Below, piece after piece: positions 50,301 through 59,118 of a stretch of DNA of 64,000 nt. How positions within the stretch are numbered: position 1 is the first letter of the stretch; each line of letters opens with the position of its first letter. The notes below the pieces were generated by a model, which saw only the letters and a program-made list of their open reading frames with translations, ran no database searches and was not told where the DNA came from. The DNA comes from Macrostomum hystrix (Eukaryota; Animalia; Platyhelminthes): the NCBI GenBank assembly GCA_950097015.1, contig CATNEN010000035.1, positions 1 to 64,000 of the forward strand, given 5' to 3'. Position numbers and translations under genes: made by a program.

Positions 50301-53300
50301 ATTCAGCTATGGTTGGATCTTATATGGAAGAATTCAGGAAGGGGTGAGTTTAGATGGGGATGGATTCAGGTGTGGATCAGAATTTATTCAACGCATTTTT
50401 ATTTCCCAACTCTGTTATCCCATTCGCTCGCCGCCAGTTGGGTTTCTCACCTGAGTCGGGCAGCAATCGTGGCGCTAAATGGCAGACTGGGCCGGTGCCC
50501 AACACCGACTTCCCGCTATTCGACCGGCACTTCGCTATCGACCTCCCGTCGCAGGCGCCTCCTCTGCCGACATCGGTTGCCGGTGGCGACTCAATGCTGC
50601 GACGCGGACACTGCTTGATGGTGTCGGTCTGGAGCCAGATTCAGAACGGAGGGTAGGCTGGGGAGTGGAAGAAGAAGAACGGGGACACTTAATTCGTTTC
50701 GTGGAAAATTTATTTACTGTAGATAGCTATTGACTAGCTAATATGCTTCATGATAAATAAATGAAAATAAAATAAAGACCAATTATTCGTAAAAAAAGTT
50801 TTTTTTAAATTCGTCCAAGCAACAAGATTTGCAATATATATTAAAAGAACAGCACTGTATCTGCTTCCAATAAAAATGTGGAACCCACAAAAAAAGGATT
50901 TCGTGGGTTTTTTTTCGTGAAAACTGCCTATTATAAATTTTCAAAGAAACGAATTTCTTCTTCTAGTGGTACTTAAGCTGTACCAAAGCTTTCCTGATCT
51001 CAAAGCAGCAGGTAATTATTTCTCTCCTGTTTCGGTTGCAGATTTTCTGAATTCCTCGGCTGTGCCACATTCCCAGTGCAGTCGCTAATCGGAGTGCACA
51101 AGGTAGGCATTGGGGCGAGACAAGGAAGATTTTGGTTGAAATGATGCCCTAATAACTTGATATTAGATTGCCCTGTCAGGTAAGAATACTACAAGAAGCA
51201 ACTGCTTGAAAATAAGCATTTTAAAGGAGGTTCTTTACAGTATAAATAAGACCACAAGGGTACTTGAAATACGCAGTGTTTTTCTGTAACTTAAAAAATA
51301 TTCGCCCAATCGCCATTAAAATCCAGAACACGGGCTAAAATCTTCCGCTCTATCCGATAAAACAACTCAAAGCTCCCAAATCCGGCCCGTTGTCCCTTCC
51401 AACACCAACAGTATCCTGTCTCATCTCTCCCGTGTCTCATCTCTCCCGTGTCTCATCTCTCCCGTGTCTCATCTCTCCCGTGTCTCATCTCTCCCGTGTC
51501 TCATCTCTCCCGTGTCTCATCTCTCCCGTGTCTCATCTCTCCCGTGTCTCATCTCTCCCGTGTCTCATCTCTCCCGTGTCTCATCTCTCCCGTGTCTCAT
51601 CTCTCCCGTGTCTCATCTCTCCCGTGTCTCATCTCTCCCGTGTCTCATCTCTCCCGTGTCTCATCTCTCCCGTGTCTCATCTCTCCCGTGTCTCATCTCT
51701 CCCGTGTCTCATCTCTCCCGTGTCTCATCTCTCCCGTGTCTCATCTCTCCCGTGTCTCATCTCTCCCGTGTCTCATCTCTCCCGTGTCTCATCTCTCCCG
51801 TGTCTCATCTCTCCCGTGTCTCATCTCTCCCGTGTCTCATCTCTCCCGTGTCTCATCTCTCCCGTGTCTCATCTCTCCCGTGTCTCATCTCTCCCGTGTC
51901 TCATCTCTCCCGTGTCTCATCTCTCCCGTGTCTCATCTCTCCCGTGTCTCATCTCTCCCGTGTCTCATCTCTCCCGTGTCTCATCTTTCCCGTGTCTCAT
52001 CTCTCCCATGTCTCATCTCTCCCGTGTCTCATCTCTCCCGTGTCTCATCTCTCCCGTGTCTAATCTCTCTCGTGTCTCACCTCTCCCGTGTCTCATCTTT
52101 CCCGTGTCTCATCTCTCCCGTGTCTCATCTCTCCCGTGTCTCATCTCTCCCATCTCTCTCATTTGTTTTGGGAGCTATCACTAAGTTGGCAGTGGGTATT
52201 TGAAATATCCCAGTTGTCTCTGCCCATGGGGTCTTTCTTAAGCCCTGAGAAGCTCGTTGCAACTCCAGAAAATCTTCCGTACCGAATCTTTAACTACTCG
52301 TTCTGATCTGCACAGCCCAGCAGCTGGTACAGGCTGGTGAACGAGATGACCGCATCCATCACCATCGCCTCCTCTTCGACATCAACTGCCGATTCTGCCG
52401 CCGTTCCGCCGCTACCGACACCGGCACCGGCTGGCGGCGGGTTCGACCTGAAAGAGGCTCTGATTCGCCGAGCCCCGGATCGGGGCCTCGGCTTCACCGT
52501 GGCCGGCTCCGGGCCCTCGCACGTCAGCAAGGTGGAACGCCGCAGTCCGGCTGACGCTGCCGGCGTCCGGGCAGGCGACTACATCCTGCGCGTGGACGGC
52601 AGGCGAGTCGCCGAATCCGACAACGAGACTGTAGTGCGACTGTTGCGCAACACCGGCGGTGCCGCCGCGGTCCGCTTGCTGCTGGGTCGATCCCGCAGCT
52701 GTCAGCACCAGTTGCCAATGACTTCGTCAGCTTCGTCGGCTTCAGCGATTGGCTCGTCATCGTCATCAGCTGTGGCGTCAGCTGTGGCAAAGAGTCCAAG
52801 TCTGCCTTTATCTTATTGTAAGCGGCTTTTAGATAAGCAGAATCAGCAGCAGCATCAACAGCAACAACAGCAGAAGCTACAGAACCAACAACCTACAGGC
52901 CAGACAACAGCTGCAGCCGCAACTGTAATTAAGCGCGATATTAAATCTCTATATGACATTGTAAGTGACTGATTAAACTGAGCGTAAATTAAGTTTTTAT
53001 TTATTGTCTATTTTTAATATTTTTTCTTAGTTGATTTTAAGTTACCTTATTGGAAGTTATTGCTTTATTGAAAGTCTAGTGGCAATTTTTATATTGCAAT
53101 ACACATTAAGTAGTAAAGACGCTATTTATGTTACTTACAGTAAAATTTACGTTTTGATACGCTTCTTTTAAACTGCCGAAAATCCTATTTTTCGTGTAAA
53201 ATTTCCTTAACAACAATTAAAGATATTAGAGAGTGTAGTACTTCTTCCTACATTCCCTAAATTGCAGTCAAGTACTCAGAATGGCCAAATAGCAAGCTTT

Positions 53301-54540
53301 GCTCCGGCTATTGCAGCTGGCTATCAAATGCGATTCTGTTTCATGGATCAGCTAATTGTGCGGCCAAGCGAGATGCTTATGCACTCGGGTCCGCTGACTA
53401 TGGCTGACGTCAAGACTGGCGCAACCACGGCATCCATTCGTGTCTTTCTGTTCCCGGATTTGCTGCTTTTGGCGCAGACGGGCTCCCAATTGCATCCTGG
53501 CCGGGATCAAGATGGCCTAGTCCACGAGCTGCTTCGGGATCCGATTCACATTCATCAAATTACGCAGTGCTTCGTTATTAAAGGCCACTCTGGTAAGAAA
53601 ATAGGCTATTTTTCGATATTTACTACTTTGGAGTTTGAGTTTGGATCCCAGTGAAGGAAGAAATTTGAAATTTTCGATACATATCGGTTAACAGCTTCGA
53701 AAATGATTTATGTTTATAAGTAACAAATGATGACTTCTTATATTGTAAAACGCTAGAATAGCTAAATATCATTACCGCAACAAACAATAGGGATAACAAA
53801 ACGAAAAAGCTAACTTGGAGTACCAGGGCATCGATCCCTGTACCTCTCGCATGCTAAGCGAGCGCTCTACCATTTGAGCTAGTACCCCTTAGTACTAGTG
53901 GTGATATTGATGTAATTTAAATTGTTTAGCGTCTGCAAAACCATCTTTTCGAGGAACCCCGTGGAAACTACATTTCATATCCATTGCTGTCGACATTTTG
54001 AAGCCGTTAAGCTTTTTACTAACTTACCATTTCCAAACAATTCACCACAATAACAAGGCATTACTTTTTTCTATAGAATAATCACAACGCAATGGCAGTC
54101 GTAGCATTTGAAAAAAACCACCTGCTCCCTGCTCCCGTCCCTTGGCTGAGCGTTAATTCACAGCCATAGTAAGCTTAACATTAGATAGAATTCAGTTACA
54201 CATATTGTGTGTGTGTGTGTGTGTGTGCGTGTGTGTATGTGTGTGCAAACTTAGAGCTACTGACGCATAAAAAAACAACTTTAAATGTAGAATTCTGATT
54301 AGAGTACTGAAATAAAAAACCTGAGAGTTAATTTTTAAGTCGTGATACATATTTATTCGTCTAGCGGCTCTAGCCAATACCAATCCGATTCCCAAAAACC
54401 CCGCAGACCTGAGCCTAAAGTACATCGGTGCGGACGGGGGCTCACAGCACCTGCGGCTTCGCTGCCCAGCTGGTGAACGAGACTGCTACGCGTGGTGTCG
54501 TCGGATTCAGGACCGACTGCTGCAGACAGTCATTCTGTAG
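47319..54540 (+). CDS. C2-PDZ-PH protein (RGS3/C2PA N-terminus-like, PsGEF-like), about 543 aa. Exons: 47319-47457 (tentative), 49468-49521, 49612-49670, 50438-50652, 51042-51102, 52316-52960, 53268-53592, 54407-54540
   Basis: Spliced C2 domain: EIKLAFHSTGKQLTVHVIEARNLRSQSAQRCNSFVRLGFSPE...KWQTGPVPNTDFPLFDRHF...LMVSVWSQ...EFLGCATFPVQSLI...SSWYRL. PDZ: RGLGFTVAGSGPSHVSKVERRSPADAAGVRAGDYIL. PH-like: MLMHSGPLTM...VFLFPDLLLLA...CYAWCRRIQDRL. All junctions are GT-AG with consistent phases (1,1,0,2,0,0,1); total 1632 nt. Confidence 0.85.
48360..49330. repeat. Minisatellite, 32-bp unit (GAAAATGAGACAGGGGAGAGTTGAGGCCTGAG), intronic
   Basis: About 30 tandem units. Confidence 0.95.
49681..50375. repeat. 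Minisatellite, 16-bp unit (GGGGATGGATTCAGCT), intronic
   Basis: Starts 10 nt after the GT donor at 49671. Confidence 0.96.
51415..52160. repeat. Minisatellite, 16-bp unit (TGTCTCATCTCTCCCG), intronic, highly homogeneous
   Basis: About 46 tandem units. Confidence 0.97.
53804..53808 (-). terminator. Pol III terminator (T5) 7 nt after the tRNA-Ala
   Basis: AAAAA on + at 53804-53808. Confidence 0.75.
53816..53888 (-). tRNA. tRNA-Ala-AGC: tRNA-Ala (anticodon AGC), 73 nt, antisense within the last intron of the C2-PDZ-PH gene
   Basis: Minus strand reads GGGGTACTAGCTCAAATGGTAGAGCGCTCGCTTAGCATGCGAGAGGTACAGGGATCGATGCCCTGGTACTCCA: 7-bp acceptor stem with G3:U70, AGC anticodon, A and B boxes. Confidence 0.97.
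54207..54245. repeat. (GT)n microsatellite
   Basis: About 19 GT dinucleotides with two interruptions. Confidence 0.9.
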
Positions 54541-56935
54541 GCCTTGTGATCACTGTGAACGCATTATGTTTCATTTATTTAATTCAGGTCTTAATTTTCG
54601 GAGGATCTACATCAGTTGCTTTTTAGTTGCGTAACCTTTAGCTACACAGATGACTCCACAAAGTTAATTTGTTAATTCATTTGCACAATGTCAAAAGATT
54701 CTATTACATTGCAGCGATGCATACGGAAAGTTTTTTATTTCATAGTTATTTAACTATAACATTTTAACTAAAAGTAAGTTTACTATTGTACAGATCAACA
54801 GCTAGCTTAAGTTTCTTATTGTAAGATTGCTTCGATCGTTAAATCGAATAAAACGTCGATGAAAATTTTACTATATATTTTTGAAAATTCTCGTTTTATT
54901 TTCGTATGATGTGACAGCGGCTTTTTAGGTGGTAATAATATTTTTAGGCATTTATTATTCCAATAATTTATATTCCCCTTTCCCTTCCAGATGACTCACC
55001 ATTTTTCCTGTGACCTTGAGCACCAACCCCTCCTCCGGTCGTAAATAATTTGCAGTTTTGTGGTTTTTCTTCGGTCAAATTCACCCACCATATAGCGCCA
55101 TATAGGAGGTGAGGACCATACATACAGTATGTTCTAATGTAAGTCTAATTTACTCGTAGGGTTTAGATAGTCTTGCACACGAGATCACATGGGAGCTCTC
55201 TCTTCATTGTCGTTCCTGCGCGCCAATTTTAAATGCCCGAAAGCTCTAATGGTATTGCTGTGTACCTGGACTGCTTGCTATTTTTGCATGAGGTCGATTT
55301 TCGTACCCGCTTAAATTTGAAAATAGCTTGTCTTTTATACTAATAAAATTAAATAGTTTTAACAAGTACTATACTATCCCCTTATAACATTTTATAGCTA
55401 GACGACCATAAGATGTCCTATAACAATACTACTGAAAAATAAGCAATACGTAGGCCTTGTCTAGCCTACGTAGCATTATATCAGAATATATAAAGATTGC
55501 TCGGGCTCGAGTAGTTGATTGAAGTGCACTTTGAAGGCAATTATACGCAGGTACTGTGGACATTGTGATTGAATTAGAGAACAGGATGAAAATGCAGTAT
55601 GTTTAAATGAAATATATTCTGTTTAAAACATTATATAACGATCTTTAAGAAACAAGCATACAATTTTTTATGAAATATGAAAAAACTATGTGTAAATTTA
55701 TGGACTTTTTACCGGCTCTACCGGTTTTAAAATTTACCGAACACCGGGTGGTGAAAAGGGGCGATATCACACACTAGAAGTGAATAACGATAAAAACAAT
55801 CGCAGCAGTGCTAGAGTTGAGTCAGAGATACAGACTCAATATAAATATTATTCTATTTCGTCTCGTGTTCATCGGTTTAAAATGCTCTGATGTAAGACGG
55901 ATTGAAAAACTGGCAACATTAGACATACTTCAGATGCTGATTTTATCGCCGTAACATTAGCGTTAATAATTAGTAGTAAAAAAGCTAACTATATAAAACT
56001 AACTAACTAACTATCAAACGTAACAAAAGCTCAAAATTTCAATAACGATCTGAAGATTTTACGAGCTCCGAGCTAAATGTTCAAACTTTGGTACAATTTA
56101 TCGAACACGTTTAAAAAGGCGGGTACGAAAAAGGGTTACAAAACGTGGTTCAAATGAAGGTTCAAATGTTCTCTCAAGGCCGCAGTCATTTGACTATTAA
56201 ACTCTGCTTTTCATTCTCTGCCATTGTGTGCCTCCACCAGCTCGGTAGAACTGTTTACTATATTTCTTTTGTGAGAAAATAAAAGGCAATTCGCGTCGCA
56301 AAAACGCTACCTCTATTTATTATTTTTTTAAATGTGAACTCAGAATGAGCATTGAAACTCAAAACTGAAGTTCCCTTTAAAGCAGACATTGATGTACAGG
56401 CTTGTGCAAAAAAGCTTTATTCTCATAATTTAACTTGACAGCATCAGCTGTGGGTGAATTTCAAGTTCGCGAAAACTTCGAACTATACACTAACTAAAAA
56501 ACACCTCATAGCGTTATAGTTCAGCTCTCATTGTCTACCTGTTTATTAGAAATTTCGCGCACTCGAAAGCCGAAGTTCCCTTTTGGGTTTTTGGCAGAGA
56601 AGCTTATGTGACGTTGTCTCTCTAATTTAATGTAAGTTTAATTATATGCTATTTCTAATTAAGTGCATTATTTTCGTTAGCTATATTTGTTAGGGATATT
56701 TCTTTGGTTTTCTATTAATATTTATAATGGTTTTGTTTTTGTGTACTACATAGTCGTTCGTATTCAAATGTGCTAATTAGGCCTTTCCAGGAAGGCCCCC
56801 ACACCCCCCTGGGCTTGTTCTACGACTGCAGAGTGCTGGTTGTTATTTTATCAGTGACTAATCTGAACTGTAGCTGTGTTTCAAGTGAAATCCATTGAGT
56901 AGCTCTGTAACCCATTAAAGATATAGCCAGCATTC

Positions 56936-56954
56936 GCCGTAAAGACGGTCTCTT
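56936..56954 (+). pseudogene. 5' part of a flatworm spliced-leader-like exon (GCCGTAAAGACGGTCTCTT)
   Basis: CCGT-AAAG-ACGG hairpin typical of flatworm SL 5' ends; identical over 19 nt to the Macrostomum SL as I recall it (not database-verified). Confidence 0.65.
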
Positions 56955-58056
56955 GACTCTCTTGGCCACTCTGTCCCTCGGGGCTGAGCATTTCATGAAG
57001 CTGGTACTCTGCCATAGAGTACTAGCGCGAGCCAGCGCTACCGGAGGTGGCCCTGGCGAATGGAAATTAAAAACCTCCAACTACTACTTTTTCCATCATT
57101 TTTCAAAAATAGTATATCACGCTTTTTTTTTCGACAAAAACAATTTTTTTGCCGAAATTTAATCAAAAATTTGCTATCATTCTAAACCAATGGCCTATTC
57201 AGGCCGGAGGTCTAAATTCCAACCTGTGTTTTCAGCGGGGCTTCCCTTAGAGCCTAAAGGTGTTCGGGGTTGCCTTCGTTGCCAAATGGATGCTCCTTTG
57301 AGCCCATTGGCCCCTTGTTGCTCGTAATGGGGTCCAGTCGAGGGACCGGCTTTAGGCTGGGGGCCGGTTCTTCGGTGTCTGAAGTATCCCTACGCGTGTG
57401 GGGCCTTTTAGGTGCTCAGGGGCATCAAATCTCCAAAACTCGGGGGGTTCTCCAGCCCTCTCTGGCCGTCTGTCTGTGGTGCCGTGGCAAGCAGGGGCCT
57501 CCTCCTTGGGGACGGGAGTCCGAGGCTTTGGAGGTTCACTTGGCTCTCAAGTTTCCCGGGAATGGCTGCCTAGCTGCTTAATCCTGTAATTCCCGACCCG
57601 GGGGCGGCCTGAGTGGGTTGGGTGGCCCTCAATAAACTCTTAAAACTCATTTTCTTTTCACTACTCAATACTTATTTTTTCCGGCTCCTATGCGATGGAG
57701 TGTTCAGAGGTCTCGAGAACTGTCTTTGCGGCCAGATGCGTTTGTGCTTGTACCAAGCGTATCCCAAACATTTGTGAGCATTTTTCCAACACTGCGTTTT
57801 TTTAATTCATGCGCAATTTTTTTTTGTTTTTATGCATACCTCAAAATATTTTCGTTTTTCGTTACTTCCAAAATCGTGTAAACTCCCCCCCACACCAGTT
57901 ACGCACTTGTTTTTAGCTTTGTGTTCTCGCACTTCACTGGTGTGGGGGGGAGTACCAACTTGACTGTATCGTGATTCCAAAAAAATAAACGGTAATCAGC
58001 GGCAGAGGCCCGGCTAGGGCCTGATCCGCGGGGGAGACCCCACTACCACTGAAAAA
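56955..58056 (+). mobile_element. Candidate 5'-truncated, decayed non-LTR retrotransposon inserted in the SL-like exon
   Basis: Flanked by a 14-bp direct repeat AAAGACG(G/A)TCTCTT (56941-56954 and 58057-58070). A-tract 58052-58059 at the 3' junction; 18-bp hairpin about 100 nt from the 3' end; weak RLE-like peptide. Confidence 0.6.
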
Positions 58057-58096
58057 AAAGACGATCTCTTAATTCGAAGGCCCAATTTATTGCATG
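58057..58096 (+). pseudogene. 3' part of the SL-like exon, ending in TTTATTGCATG
   Basis: AAAGACGATCTCTTAATTCGAAGGCCCAATTTATTGCATG is 35/40 identical to the recalled Macrostomum SL; conserved terminal ATG; no GT donor follows. Confidence 0.7.
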
Positions 58097-58153
58097 AGAG
58101 TGCTTTCCGCTACAGTTTTTGTAACGATTGATAATTTACCTTGCTTTTAAAAT

Positions 58154-58298
58154 AAACCGAAACTGCTACGCCTATTCGTTGAAACCGAAAATTCGTCATA
58201 CTTATATAAGTCGCAGTGATTCAGCCAGCGTGTCTTGCTTCTCCACGAAGACTTTTCTCAATATCGCGGCATATTTTAACTTTGCTATTTCCTATAAA
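58154..58298 (+). promoter_or_regulatory. Putative VLIG promoter: two ISRE/IRF-E-like motifs and a TATA box
   Basis: AAACCGAAACT (58154-58164), GAAACCGAAAA (58181-58191), TATAAA (58293-58298); strong donor TCG|GTAAGT at 58343/58344. Confidence 0.45.
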
Positions 58299-58343
58299 CG
58301 CGTGAGCAGGAGACGACAAAGATTATTGACGAATAGTCGCTCG

Positions 58344-59103
58344 GTAAGTAAAACTGAAGGAAATCTCTTCTGCTTGCTATAACCGTGGCGCGTGATATCT
58401 TTAAACCGCAGGATCCACTACACTAATGAATATAGATTGTTGAAACATTATATCTTAACTCATCCAACGGTTGTACTTGCAAACAGCACTGTACATATAA
58501 ATTGTACTTGGTATAAAAATTATCTACTTTTTTCTTTGACGAGCGTTTGAGAAGTTTGATGTTCGAGAGGGTATTGCAAAAGGCCCCTTCTAATAATCCC
58601 TTATGACCGGGGATATAATGTGTCTGGAGTTACCTGGTGGGGGTTGTTGCCCAATCGGTTAGAGAGTCGGACTTACGACTTGAAGGTCGGGGGCTCGATT
58701 CCCGACTCCACACAGGAAGAATCAATTTGTGTCCTATAGCAAGACCGCTTAACTCCGCGTTGCTTCAGTTACCTCAGCATTAGCTGGGGTAATTGCGGGT
58801 GGGTGTGGTTTCTCTCCCGTCCATGGACTGAACAGCTGTACGCAGCCTTCAGATGTGCCGCGCAATAGCTGTGTGCTCTAAGCTGCACATATGGTCCAAT
58901 TAATTAGGGCAGGTGTTTTTATGAAATATATATTTTTATTCCTATCTATACTTACACTATACTTATGTAATAGGTAATTACTATTCAATTCAACTGAGAA
59001 ACTGTGTGAATTCACCCGATTACTAGCTCATAATAGTTATAAGTGTTGTAATTTATTTTGAAGACAGCCAACTTTCCTATTCGACTGAATTCAATTCCAA
59101 CAG
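58344..59103 (+). other. Putative 5'-UTR intron of the VLIG gene
   Basis: GTAAGT donor at 58344; acceptor TTCAATTCCAACAG ending at 59103, 15 nt before the ATG. Confidence 0.65.
58639..58915 (+). mobile_element. tRNA-derived (Val-like loop CTTACGA) CORE-like SINE in the VLIG 5'-UTR intron
   Basis: tRNA-like head GGGTTGTTGCCCAATCGGTTAGAGAG...GGCTCGATTCCCGACTCCA; CORE-like TTTGTGTCCTATAGCAAGACCGCTTAACTCCGCGTTGCTTCAGTT; body collinear with 26787. Confidence 0.78.
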
Positions 59104-59118
59104 AGGTTCAGCAAGCCG

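Noticed and set aside
48316-52203. ORFs 48316..49404 (-), 49671..50454 and 51390..52203 as proteins
   Set aside because: They are translations of intronic minisatellites of the C2-PDZ-PH gene.
53895-55777. CTAGTGGTGATATTG and CGATATCACACACTAG as TIRs of a 1.9-kb DNA transposon
   Set aside because: The match is short and imperfect, has no TSD, and the interval contains a conserved coding exon.
56820-57080. Minus-strand ORF as a hAT dimerisation-domain remnant (RRMLAISLMG)
   Set aside because: The similarity is very weak, no convincing TIRs were found, and the ORF crosses the SL/TSD junction, which the plus-strand insertion model explains better.
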